Source: Candidatus Bathyarchaeia archaeon
GTDB lineage: Archaea; Thermoproteota; CALKCG01; B24
Length of the DNA stretch: 64,000 bases
Direction of reading: 5' to 3'
NCBI GenBank assembly: GCA_038870975.1
Contig: JAVZJD010000002.1
Coordinates: 672,001 to 736,000, forward strand
Shown here: positions 50,052 to 59,623 of the stretch, in pieces
Position numbering within the stretch: position 1 is the first letter of the stretch
How the letters are laid out: each line of letters begins with the position of its first letter
The notes under the pieces: generated by a model
Seen by the model: the letters and a program-made list of their open reading frames with translations, nothing else
Database searches by the model: none
Told to the model about the DNA's origin: nothing
Position numbers and translations under genes: made by a program

Positions 50052-50195
50052 TTAAGTAAAGGTTTCCATCAATCCATACCTTCCTAACCTTGACGCAATT
50101 TTGCAAACTATCTTCAAGCATTCATCGCAGATTCTAAAGCAAGCTACACAAGTCTTCTTGTTACAAACCCTACAATTACCTCTAACCTCATCCAT
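50052..50195 (-). other. Small multi-CxxC zinc-finger ORF or remnant
   Basis: CRVC...CVAC...CDEC...C in 47 aa. Confidence 0.35.
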
Positions 50196-50338
50196 TCTGA
50201 TTACCCTTCGAAAACTTCAAAGCCAGCCATCTGACACAACTTATAGTATCTGCTTCAAGAGGAATCGTTAGTCCTTTTCTCCGAATACCCTTAACTACGA
50301 CAACCATGAATTCATTTAGCTTTGAGATTCTGAAACGG

Positions 50339-51229
50339 TCAAAATAATTTAGAAAGGAGTTTAAACTTGATGTTTTCCCATGCTAACATTCTGAGGGCTT
50401 CTCTAAATGCTTTCATTGGATATGTTACATTTGCTACTCCCTTTTCGCTTCTCTCGTATTTCAACCCTCTTATGATTACCACTGGTATTGCCTCATCTGT
50501 TTGACCAAAAAGTAAGTTCGCAGATGCAGAAACTAGGTCTGTCAAATCGTCAACTCCGCCGAATTTAGGCTTACCATAAAGGTCTTTAGCACCAAAGTTT
50601 CTTGAAACAGGCTGGATTCCCGAAGAGCCTATTGCTATATCAACCGTGCCGAATTTATCAAGCTTCCATTCTGTATCCGTAATAACGACAGCCGTTTCCT
50701 TACCCGTTAACTCCCTTATTTTCTCCCTTATTCTCCTGGCCGATTCATCTGGATCTTCTGGTATCAGCGTACAATAGCCCGGAGGGGAGTTTGAAAAATC
50801 GATACCACCCCAAGTTAGTAATCGATTTCTCACATCGATGAGAAAAATGTAAGGGTGTTCTCTGATGACCTTTTGAGCGTCTTCCTTGTTCCTCGTATAC
50901 TCCTCGAATAGATGCCCATACTTTTTCGCAAGCTTCTCTATCGGAATTACAGCTTTTATCTCGCCTTCTCTAAGATACAACTCCATAACTTCTGGCGGTG
51001 TTTTATAGAATCTTGAAAGAAAGTAAGCTCTGCGAGAAGGCTTTACATCGCTAAGCTTGTGGGTTCTACCTTCAACCTTCGAGACGATTTTCGATGTTAT
51101 AACGATTACGTCCCCTTCCTTTATCCCATAAGCCTGTCTTTCAGCTTCCTCAACTATCAACTTTGGAAGATCGGTCTCGGAGTTGATATCTTCACTCATC
51201 TTTAAACCATAGATCTCAACCTTCCTCAC
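50339..51229 (-). CDS. Coenzyme F420:L-glutamate ligase (CofE) family protein
   Basis: GDVIVITSKIVSKVEG, GGIDFSN, PEDPDESAR, AVVITDT, IPVVIIRG; GTG start. Confidence 0.85.
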   Translation of the reverse strand: MRKVEIYGLKMSEDINSETDLPKLIVEEAERQAYGIKEGDVIVITSKIVSKVEGRTHKLSDVKPSRRAYFLSRFYKTPPEVMELYLREGEIKAVIPIEKLAKKYGHLFEEYTRNKEDAQKVIREHPYIFLIDVRNRLLTWGGIDFSNSPPGYCTLIPEDPDESARRIREKIRELTGKETAVVITDTEWKLDKFGTVDIAIGSSGIQPVSRNFGAKDLYGKPKFGGVDDLTDLVSASANLLFGQTDEAIPVVIIRGLKYERSEKGVANVTYPMKAFREALRMLAWENIKFKLLSKLF

Positions 51230-52041
51230 AGTAACCACCACGATAAAATTCGCACCAAAAATAAACAAGGAGTTTATCACTCCTTCTTCATAATATATTG
51301 GAAATGTACATACTGGTTTTGATCCCATTTTGATTGCGTTGAAGCAGGTCTTTTTATCTGTAAACGGGTCTGCCCTAAACTTGCTTAGCATGACCCTGGC
51401 CCACTCTTCCACCATAGAGCCTCCATCAATCTGAAGGTTTGAATCCCCAGCTCCTCCTTTAAAACATAAACTGGTCCAACTCCCTCAACAGAGAACTAGA
51501 CTTCTCCTTGAGTAGTTAGGATGGTTGAAGCCGAAAGCGTAGAGGAGCTTATAGTGTTACGGCTTCAATGAGCCTTCTGAAGACTTCAAAAGTGTTTAGT
51601 CTCTTCAGACCCGTTGGAGCTTAAGGATAGACTTAAATTCCATTAACGGCATCAACGCAGAGACCATCAGAGTAAGCGATGAACACTCTAAATCTGTACA
51701 TCTTCAACACGTAGAATACTACCACGAGCAATTTAAAATGGGAAAACTATAGAGGGGAGGGGTCTAAACATCCATAAAAAACACCCATAAACCACCCCAT
51801 AAAATATCCATAATATTGGTTTAAATTGAAGTGGCGAATGGTATGGTTAGAAGACCCTCCAGAATGGGGAAAGATGATAAAAACGGGGTTTTCAACCCCT
51901 CGCTTCCACTCAGCTACACACTTTCAAACAACCACCCCAACTAGAACGTTTGAAAGCCGTCTCCCATCTCTATAAAGACGAACGACGCTATCTACATCCC
52001 ACTCTAATAGGATACTACCCCCTATACACATTCGATTCCAA

Positions 52042-52830
52042 TCAGCCCAGTAGAAGCGAGTAGACTTCAAGCATAGTCATACCCTTAGCTGAAACAGTCC
52101 TCCCATTCAATCTGACAACCCCCTTTCTACGTGAAAGACGCTCAGCAGTCTCACTATCGTGAAACTCCACCTTAAGCTCAATCGGCTTTTCAGGCTTAAA
52201 CGGAGCAAACTCTTCAGCCCTTTTAACCGCAGCTACAGCCGCTTCTCTTATAAGCTTCCGAGAGACCTTCGGATGGAGACATTTCGCCGCAAACCTACTG
52301 GTAGCCTTCTTAACAGCTACAGTACACACCTTCTTTAGGAGGTTTTCAGCCTCACGTACGGCTGCGAAATCTCCAGTTACTAAACCTACTGGGACATTAT
52401 AGTCTCCAGCTAAAGCAGCCCAAAGCCCTATCTCCCCAACTCGAACACCGTTCAACCAAACACCATCTATAGCCGTAGATAAAGTGTGTGTTAAAAGCCC
52501 GTCTGAAGTCCCAGCCATAGAGTGAGCACCTACAGCAAACATCAGATTGAAACTCCCATCTAAACCCTCAAGCTCTAGAACCCTCCGACCCCTTATCAAC
52601 TGAGCCCTAGGGTCAAGCTCCTCCATTAGTATAGTTAGCGCAGCCCCATGACCATCTAAAACAACCACTTCATCAACACCAGCTTCAAAAGCACCCTCAA
52701 TAGCCGCATTAACATCACCCGTTAGAAACCTTCTAGCGGCTTCATAGTCTTTACCGCCAAAGTCTATATCAGACCAATGACCAGCTACTCCAGACGCCCC
52801 CTCTAAATCAGTCATGATGAACACTTTCAT
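52042..52830 (-). CDS. dppA: M55 family D-aminopeptidase
   Basis: TDLEGASG, VNAAIEGA, DGHG, LTHT, VTGD. Confidence 0.9.
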   Translation of the reverse strand: MKVFIMTDLEGASGVAGHWSDIDFGGKDYEAARRFLTGDVNAAIEGAFEAGVDEVVVLDGHGAALTILMEELDPRAQLIRGRRVLELEGLDGSFNLMFAVGAHSMAGTSDGLLTHTLSTAIDGVWLNGVRVGEIGLWAALAGDYNVPVGLVTGDFAAVREAENLLKKVCTVAVKKATSRFAAKCLHPKVSRKLIREAAVAAVKRAEEFAPFKPEKPIELKVEFHDSETAERLSRRKGVVRLNGRTVSAKGMTMLEVYSLLLG

Positions 52831-52964
52831 ACCAAACCACAGATAGCTTATCTAGCTAAACAGATACTTAAAATGTTTTCAACACCTCAAACACAAAGGA
52901 TAATACTTTATCTCCTCCAACTGTGTAATATACCATCGGAGGACTATGTTCAACCGGTGGTTGA

Positions 52965-53984
52965 ATGGTCGGTAAGATTCCACCCAAGATCATGGAGAAA
53001 CTCGTGTACACAAAGACCGGCTCTAAAGACCCAAGTGTCCTAGTAGGCCCTGCAACTGGAGAAGACGCAGCTATAGTAGACCTTGGAGATGGGAAAGCTC
53101 TAGTTGTACATAATGACGCAATCACCAGCGCATGTAAATCCTTAGGATGGCTTGCAGTACACATAGTCGCCAACGACATAGCTGTCAGAGGCGCAAGACC
53201 AAGGTGGTTTTTAATGTCACTATTCCTCCCTGAGAATGCTCCAGAGAAAACCCTCAGTGAAGTCATGGATCAAGTCGATAGAGCAGCAAAAGACCTGGGA
53301 ATAATGGTCATCGGAGGTCACACAGAGAGTACACCTGGACTCGATAGACCTATAGTCGGTACAACCGCCATTGGAATCGCCGATTTAGAGAAAATCGTGA
53401 CAACTTCAGGTGCAAAGACCAACGACTATATAATCATGACTAAAACAGCGGCTATTGAAGGAACTGCTATACTCTGCACAGACTTTGCCGAGATTTTGAA
53501 AAACCGGGGACTCGACTATTCAACCGTTGAAGAGGGCTCTAAGTTCTTAGCTAGAATAAGCGTTGTAAAAGAGGCACTTGCCCTGGCTGATAATAGACTT
53601 ACCACAGCTATGCACGATCCGACCGAGGGAGGAATATTGGGTGGTGTTGCAGAGCTCGCATACGCTTCACGGAAGACTATTAAACTATACGCTGATAAAA
53701 TACCGATTGCTAAAGAGACAAAACTCGCAACCGAAGCCCTTGGTGTTGATGCATTAAAATTGATAAGCTCCGGAGCCCTCGTGGCGGCGATACCACCTGA
53801 GAAGTTGAACAGGTCTTTAGAAGTTTTACAGAAGATTGGTGTGGAGGCTAGTGTAATTGGAAGAGTCGGGGATTTTACAGGACACTTAGTAGAGGTTATT
53901 AAAAACTCTTCAATAGAATACGTAGATGAAGTGTATATAACAGACGAACTATACCGTCTATGGGAAAAGACGACGATTAGATAG
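52965..53984 (+). CDS. AIR synthase-related (HypE/PurM-like) protein
   Basis: GEDAA, NDIAVRGA, GGHTE, MHDPTEGG. Confidence 0.88.
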   Translation: MVGKIPPKIMEKLVYTKTGSKDPSVLVGPATGEDAAIVDLGDGKALVVHNDAITSACKSLGWLAVHIVANDIAVRGARPRWFLMSLFLPENAPEKTLSEVMDQVDRAAKDLGIMVIGGHTESTPGLDRPIVGTTAIGIADLEKIVTTSGAKTNDYIIMTKTAAIEGTAILCTDFAEILKNRGLDYSTVEEGSKFLARISVVKEALALADNRLTTAMHDPTEGGILGGVAELAYASRKTIKLYADKIPIAKETKLATEALGVDALKLISSGALVAAIPPEKLNRSLEVLQKIGVEASVIGRVGDFTGHLVEVIKNSSIEYVDEVYITDELYRLWEKTTIR

Positions 53985-54038
53985 CTGATGGCTCGATTGT
54001 TACAGTCAATTTCACTGGAAAACATACAGCATCGGTTT

Positions 54039-54353
54039 TCACTTTTTCACTCCTCTAACTAATTTAACGCCTACGTCGCACAGCTTTCCTCCCGCGGAAA
54101 CAATGAAAAACATGAAAATTGTCCATAGTAACATATTCGCAAACTTACTAAGTTGGCTTCCTTGAATAACCGTAGTTTCTATTGGAGCCCCTCCAGTTGG
54201 CGGAGAGATTAAGAATTTAACGTCTTTGAATGAAAGTATGTGAGGAGGCTCAAAATGATTGGTGAATACGGCATACATTAGACAGATTGATGAAAGTATC
54301 ATTCCAAGCCCAATTGAAATTAGACAGTAGCCTAACACTCTATCCACATCCAC
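54039..54353 (-). CDS. Hypothetical two-TM membrane protein
   Basis: Two hydrophobic segments; occupies the gap between neighbouring genes. Confidence 0.6.
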   Translation of the reverse strand: MDVDRVLGYCLISIGLGMILSSICLMYAVFTNHFEPPHILSFKDVKFLISPPTGGAPIETTVIQGSQLSKFANMLLWTIFMFFIVSAGGKLCDVGVKLVRGVKK

Positions 54354-54452
54354 GTTATAAAGCCTCCGATTGGTATATTCAAAAGTAAAACTTAATTAGT
54401 ATTCACACACGTCTGAAGCCGGATCCTACGGTAGACTCGCACTTCATGATTG

Positions 54453-54815
54453 CTATTCTTCCAACTGTATACCTTTAAGTTTCTCTTGCAGTTTCTCTCT
54501 GGCTTCTTTAAGTTGAGTTCTAGCTCTAGTCTCCTGTTTATTCAAAATCGTTAATCGGGCGTTTAATAGTTCTTTTTGATCTTTAAGCTCTTCTATGAGC
54601 TTTTGACGGTCTGCTTTAATGAGCAGACTTCCGACAGACTTATATACTACCGTGCTATCATCCGCCTTCTCGAGTTCCTCCAAAGCTTTTTCAACGCTCA
54701 TAAGCTCCATTTCAACCTGCTGCCTCTGGGCTACTACTGCCTGTAAAGTCTGCTGAATCTGCTGGAATCTGACGAGTTGTTCCTGAACCGCCGGAGGGAT
54801 TTCAGCATCGCTCAA
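54453..54815 (-). CDS. pfdB: Prefoldin subunit beta
   Basis: Gln-rich coiled coils flanking VYKSVGSLLIK. Confidence 0.95.
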   Translation of the reverse strand: MSDAEIPPAVQEQLVRFQQIQQTLQAVVAQRQQVEMELMSVEKALEELEKADDSTVVYKSVGSLLIKADRQKLIEELKDQKELLNARLTILNKQETRARTQLKEAREKLQEKLKGIQLEE

Positions 54816-54865
54816 ACTTAAACCACCTGAATTTCTACAGTCACTCTTCCCAATAAATCTTCCTA

Positions 54866-55414
54866 CTAAAGGTACAGTTTTAAACCCCAGCCTACCAAAA
54901 GCTTTCTCAAAGCCTCACGTTTAAATAGCGTTAGAATAGCGTAGCCTAAGACGGCTACAGATATTAAACTGCTCAAGCTTACGCTAATTATCACGTACAA
55001 CCATGCTGGCAACCCAGGCGTTAGTTCAGGCGGTGGGAATATCAACCATAGATAGCTTCCGACGATTACACCGATTTCCAAAGCCGCTAGAAAGGCGGCT
55101 ACTCTAACTCTTCTCCTAAGCTTGAACAGCGTTAGAGAAGCTACCAAATTTGCCAATGGTCCAAGCGTCGCATCGAATACTAAACCCAGCGACATAATAA
55201 AAGCCCCACCTGAGACGTAGAAGAGCAGATTTCCAATGAAGCAGCCCAGTGTGACGCCGATCACAATAGGTGGACCTAGTAGCGCCGATAGAGTTATCAA
55301 ACAGTCAGATATCCTAAGTTGGATTGGACCGAAGGATATAGGTGCTAAGGCTAAGGTTAAAACGGCGTATAGACTTGCTACAGTGACTGTTAAAGCTGAT
55401 TCTTGAGTTCGCAT
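54866..55414 (-). CDS. QueT family transporter
   Basis: LYAVLTLALAPISFGPIQLRISD. Confidence 0.88.
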   Translation of the reverse strand: MRTQESALTVTVASLYAVLTLALAPISFGPIQLRISDCLITLSALLGPPIVIGVTLGCFIGNLLFYVSGGAFIMSLGLVFDATLGPLANLVASLTLFKLRRRVRVAAFLAALEIGVIVGSYLWLIFPPPELTPGLPAWLYVIISVSLSSLISVAVLGYAILTLFKREALRKLLVGWGLKLYL

Positions 55415-55528
55415 GCCGATTGAAGTAATACAGTAGAGTAAGATAATAACGTTGCCTTTTTACGCCGACTAGGCATGTAAAAACCGGGCTATTGCTTTAT
55501 TAACGAGAAATTCAATAGATTTTAAAGC

Positions 55529-56110
55529 TTGAAGATCAAGCGTTTAATCGTTGGACTTTTAAAGACAAACTGTTATATAGTTGAAAATAACGGTGAAGCT
55601 TTAATAATAGATCCTGGTGGTTCTCCGGATAGAATAATCGATTGCGCGTTGCAGAATAGATTGTACGTGGATTTGCTCATAGTAACTCATGGGCATCCTG
55701 ACCATTACTCAGCCTATCTAGACGTTAAGGATGCATTAAGATGTAAAGTTGCAATTCATAAATCCGACGTAGAAACGGCTAGACTTATGGGTATGCCTAT
55801 TGAACCAGACATCTACGTCGATGAAGGCACAATAGTTGGAGTCGGAAAATTGAAGTTTAAAGTGCTACACACACCTGGACATTCGCCTGGAAGCATATCC
55901 ATACTTGGACACGGCTTAATTTTCACCGGCGACTTAATGTTTAAAATGGGCTTTGGCAGAACGGACCTACATGGAGGGTCTTACCCGATTCTGATGAGAA
56001 GCCTCAAGAGGGTTTTAAGCCTTAAGGATGACTTGAAAGTGTATCCAGGTCATGGTCCACCAACTACTATTCAGAGTGAGAGAGGCTTCTATAAACGACT
56101 AAGTCTGTAA
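55529..56110 (+). CDS. MBL-fold metallo-hydrolase
   Basis: THGHPDH, HTPGHSPG, FTGD, PGHG. Confidence 0.93.
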   Translation: MKIKRLIVGLLKTNCYIVENNGEALIIDPGGSPDRIIDCALQNRLYVDLLIVTHGHPDHYSAYLDVKDALRCKVAIHKSDVETARLMGMPIEPDIYVDEGTIVGVGKLKFKVLHTPGHSPGSISILGHGLIFTGDLMFKMGFGRTDLHGGSYPILMRSLKRVLSLKDDLKVYPGHGPPTTIQSERGFYKRLSL

Positions 56111-56190
56111 CAAGAGATAAGGCGTATGAGTTTTTAAAGAGGCTCTATGAGTTTTTAGAAAATTTAAAAGCCTGGAAGTATGTTTAAATT

Positions 56191-57333
56191 ATGTCCAAAT
56201 TGATGGAGACGCCTAGAAAAGCTCTGATAGGCATGGTTAAGAAGAACCCACACGATCATAATCTATACTTACTTAAGCTTACAGAATTTAAGTCTCTTGT
56301 TGAAGCCGCCGGCTACGAGGTCTGTGGAACTGTTATTCAAGTTAGGCCTAAAGAGAGTGTAGATTACGTATTCGGCAAAGGAAAAGTTGAAGAGATTAAA
56401 AAACTTGTGGATAAGGAAGGGGCAGATATTTTCGCGGTTTACAACATTCTATCTAGTAAGCAGAAGTATAACTTGGAAAATTACCTGGGAGTCAGTGTTT
56501 TAGATAGGTATGAAGTTACTCTGCAGATTTTTGATAATGCAAGCTCAGATGAGCTTAGCAAGCTTCAAGTAGAACTTGCTAGACTCATTAAAAGTTATCC
56601 ATACGAGAAGCTTAAGGCAAGTTTTAAGTATAGAGTTGGAAGGGAACATCCATGGAAGAGGTCTAGTGGAGAGTACATATATCACTCTGTTGTAAATACG
56701 CTGAGGAGGAGGATAGCCAGAGTTTATGATGAGCTTGAGAAAAGAAAGAAGACTCGTATAGAGCAGATATTCAAGAGGCGTAGGATAGGTTCACCAATAG
56801 TATGCATAGCTGGATACTATAGTAGTGGTAAGACGTCTCTCTTCAACGCTTTAACTGGTTTAAATAAACCTGTTAGTCCTAAGCCGTTTACAACCCTTTC
56901 AAGCAAATACTATCTCACCAATAACTATGGCGAAGTATTCCTTGTAGACACCATAGGTTTTGTACACGACCTAGACCCTAGAATGCTTAAATCATTCGAA
57001 CTGACTTTAAACGACATAAAGTTTGCAGACATTATCATTCTCGTTGTAGACTGCTCAGACCCCCAACCTATAATGTTCTTCCGACTATCTACCTGTTTAG
57101 ATATTTTGAAAAGCCTTGAAGTAGATTCTAACAGGATTGTTGTAGCTTTAAACAAAGTAGACCTTTTAAGTAGAGAGGAGGTCTCCAACCGTTTAAAGAT
57201 TGTATCCGAGTATGTAAACCCAATACCAGTCGTACAAGTATCTGCTAAGGAAAAGCTGAACCTGGAAAAGCTGATGTCTACAGTATTCTTAAAGCTTAAC
57301 CAGCTGAAGGCTCAGAGTTCAAACTTCATATAA
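56191..57333 (+). CDS. hflX: GTPase HflX
   Basis: FGKGKVEEI, LQVELA, G1 GYYSSGKT, FTTL, DTIGF, NKVD. Confidence 0.9.
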   Translation: MSKLMETPRKALIGMVKKNPHDHNLYLLKLTEFKSLVEAAGYEVCGTVIQVRPKESVDYVFGKGKVEEIKKLVDKEGADIFAVYNILSSKQKYNLENYLGVSVLDRYEVTLQIFDNASSDELSKLQVELARLIKSYPYEKLKASFKYRVGREHPWKRSSGEYIYHSVVNTLRRRIARVYDELEKRKKTRIEQIFKRRRIGSPIVCIAGYYSSGKTSLFNALTGLNKPVSPKPFTTLSSKYYLTNNYGEVFLVDTIGFVHDLDPRMLKSFELTLNDIKFADIIILVVDCSDPQPIMFFRLSTCLDILKSLEVDSNRIVVALNKVDLLSREEVSNRLKIVSEYVNPIPVVQVSAKEKLNLEKLMSTVFLKLNQLKAQSSNFI

Positions 57334-57437
57334 AACTTAGAGGCTATTTTCGCGTAAAAGTGTGAACCCATAGAATATGCGTATCTAGCAAGCCTTTATA
57401 CAGTAAATCCTTATAGCGTAGAGCTAGATTTTGAGTT

Positions 57438-58524
57438 TTGATGAATGGTGAAAGTTTTTTCACACTCAGGACTATAAAGTGGGAGAATGGAGTCATAGTA
57501 GCAATAGATCAGAAACAGCTGCCTAAGAGGCTTAGGTATGTTAAAATACGTAGTGTGGAACAGCTTTCCGAAGCCATTAAAAACCTCACCATAAGAGGGG
57601 CACCCGCCATAGGCGTTGCAGCTGCGCTTGGATTAGCATTAGTCGCATACAAATCTAGAGCGAAAAGCCTGAGCGATTTCAAAAGGGAAATTGCAGAGGC
57701 ATATGAAAAGCTTAAGTCTACAAGGCCTACCGCTGTAAACTTATTTTGGGCTTTGGATAGAGTTTTTAAAAAAGTTTCTGAAGCTAAAGATCTTAAAGAG
57801 GCTAAGAAGAGTGTAGTAGAAGAGGCTAAAGCAATATGGATGAGAGACTATGAGATAAATAGACAGATAGGAGAATATGGTGCAACACTGCTTAAAGACG
57901 GAGACATAGTGCTCACGCACTGTAAATGGCTTAAGCCAGCAGAATGCGGGAGCACTAGCCACTACTGGATATGGAACAGCACTGGCAGTAATAAGGTCGG
58001 CTATAGCCAGAGGTTTACACATCGAAGTCTATGCAACTGAAACTAGGCCTGTGCTTCAAGGTGCTAGATTGACGGCCTTCGAACTTCTCATGGATAGAAT
58101 ACCTTTTAAACTCATAACCGACAATGCAGTTGGATTTATAATGCGTAAGAAGCTTGTAGATAAGGTCATAGTCGGTGCCGATAGAGTAGCTTTAAACGGC
58201 GATGTTATCAATAAGATAGGGACGTATATGTTGGCTGTTCTCGCAAATCGACATGGGATACCGTTTTACGTAGCCGCTCCGATGTCTACAGTAGACCTTA
58301 AACTGGAACGTGGCGACGACGCGCCTATAGAATTCAGAAGTAGAGAAGAGGTCGTTACAATTTGCGGCTGTAGAATAGCTCCAGAGGGCGTTGATGTACT
58401 AAACCCTGCTTTCGACGTAACTCCTTCAGAGCTTGTGACGGCCATTATAACTGAAAGAGGGGTGTTTAAAGTACCGGACGACTTAGATAGGCTGAGAACC
58501 GCTAGGCTTGGGGAAAGTGTTTAA
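57438..58524 (+). CDS. mtnA: S-methyl-5-thioribose-1-phosphate isomerase / eIF-2B alpha family (355 aa after removing intron 57926-57944)
   Basis: [17 protein letters not shown], restored [48 protein letters not shown]. Confidence 0.92.
57926..57944 (+). other. Putative 19-nt bulge-helix-bulge/loop mRNA intron
   Basis: Helix CTGT/GCAG, AA^A and AA^T, inner hairpin TGGC-TTAA-GCCA, outer CGC/GCG; removal gives CAC TGT AAT GCG GGA (HCNAG). Confidence 0.85.
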
Positions 58525-58541
58525 TTTATCTTAAGCTATAT

Positions 58542-59327
58542 TTGAGGCTTAGAATTATGGACTTGTTCAGCTTCAGGCTACTATTGTCCTTCGGAATTCT
58601 GACACCGTCTACTGTCTTAGACGTAAAGTTTAGAGAAGTTCAAGATGAGTTTTGGATCATTGGGTCTATCATAGGAACCGCTATAAATATTATAGATGTT
58701 TTAACGGGTCAACTTGAACTTTTAAGACTGTTGATATCTTTAACCGTAGGTTGTATAATGGGTTTCCTACTCTTCTATATTGGTTTTTTCGGAGGAGCTG
58801 ACTCAAAGGCTTTGATTTTCCTCAGTTTAACCCTCCCTGAAAGCCCAACTTGGATTCAACAGTTTGGAGTCTCTCTTAACATACCAGTAGTTACAGTGTT
58901 TAATAATGCCATCGCACTTTCCTTATGCTACCCATTGGCTATAGCCGTTTTAAACACGAAAGAGCTGATTATGGGAAGAGACCCATTACGAGGCATATAT
59001 GTCAAAGGCAGGCTACGCAGGACATTATTGTTTTTAACAGTCAAACGTGTATCCTTCGAAGAGCTTAAGAAGAAAGTGGGGTATTATCCTGCTGAGCAAC
59101 CGCTTGAAGAAGACGGAAGAATTCTCAGACAGCCAGTATATTTTATGAAGGCTGAAACCGATAAGGAGGAGTTGCTTCAAAAGCTTGAGCCCTATGCTAG
59201 TAAAGGACTATACCGAGATGGAATCTTAGTTTCACCTACAATACCATTTATAACATTTATAACGTTAGGTTTAGCCTCCCTTCCAGTGGGAGATTTTATT
59301 CTAACTTTCGCTTCACTCATTAGGTGA
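58542..59327 (+). CDS. Prepilin/preflagellin peptidase (A24 family)
   Basis: LDVKFREV, FGGADSKAL, VSPTIPFI. Confidence 0.88.
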   Translation: MRLRIMDLFSFRLLLSFGILTPSTVLDVKFREVQDEFWIIGSIIGTAINIIDVLTGQLELLRLLISLTVGCIMGFLLFYIGFFGGADSKALIFLSLTLPESPTWIQQFGVSLNIPVVTVFNNAIALSLCYPLAIAVLNTKELIMGRDPLRGIYVKGRLRRTLLFLTVKRVSFEELKKKVGYYPAEQPLEEDGRILRQPVYFMKAETDKEELLQKLEPYASKGLYRDGILVSPTIPFITFITLGLASLPVGDFILTFASLIR

Positions 59328-59365
59328 GAATGTTTAAATTCGGCGATATTGTACGTAGTATTTCC

Positions 59366-59581
59366 GTGGGCAAGGTTGCCAAAGGTAAGCTGTGCGACGT
59401 TAAAGGCTGCGATAAACCCGCCGTAAGATCCCTAGAGAGAGCTACCGCCGCTGGCTCTGGTCTCGACTTGACCAGTCAAGATAGAGTGTACCTCTGTAAG
59501 GAGCATTATAAGGTTGTGAAGAAAAGCCTCAAGAAGGAACGCCTCGTTAAGAAGTGGCGCTACATGACCAGCAACTTCTAA
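59366..59581 (+). CDS. Small conserved zinc-binding hypothetical protein
   Basis: CDVKGC...YLCKEHYK. Confidence 0.7.
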   Translation: MGKVAKGKLCDVKGCDKPAVRSLERATAAGSGLDLTSQDRVYLCKEHYKVVKKSLKKERLVKKWRYMTSNF

Positions 59582-59623
59582 ACCAATACTGTACACAAGA
59601 TCTGGAGGCTTTAAACTATTTTT

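Noticed and set aside
51300-51500. Possible transposase remnant upstream of the CofE-like gene
   Set aside because: Only a short frame-broken resemblance (GPVYVL...ELGI); no ends or catalytic motifs
55184-55207. Possible in-frame 24-nt BHB intron in the QueT gene (helix TCAG/CTGG, minus strand)
   Set aside because: The ORF is open without splicing, the bulges (GTG, GTT) lack the A pattern of the other introns, and the flanking helices are mismatched; it would need a homologue alignment to revive
57438-58524. mtnA as a pseudogene, sequencing error or programmed frameshift
   Set aside because: The lesion is a structured 19-nt insert, not a 1-nt indel or slippery run; a frameshift would leave extra residues inside THCNAG
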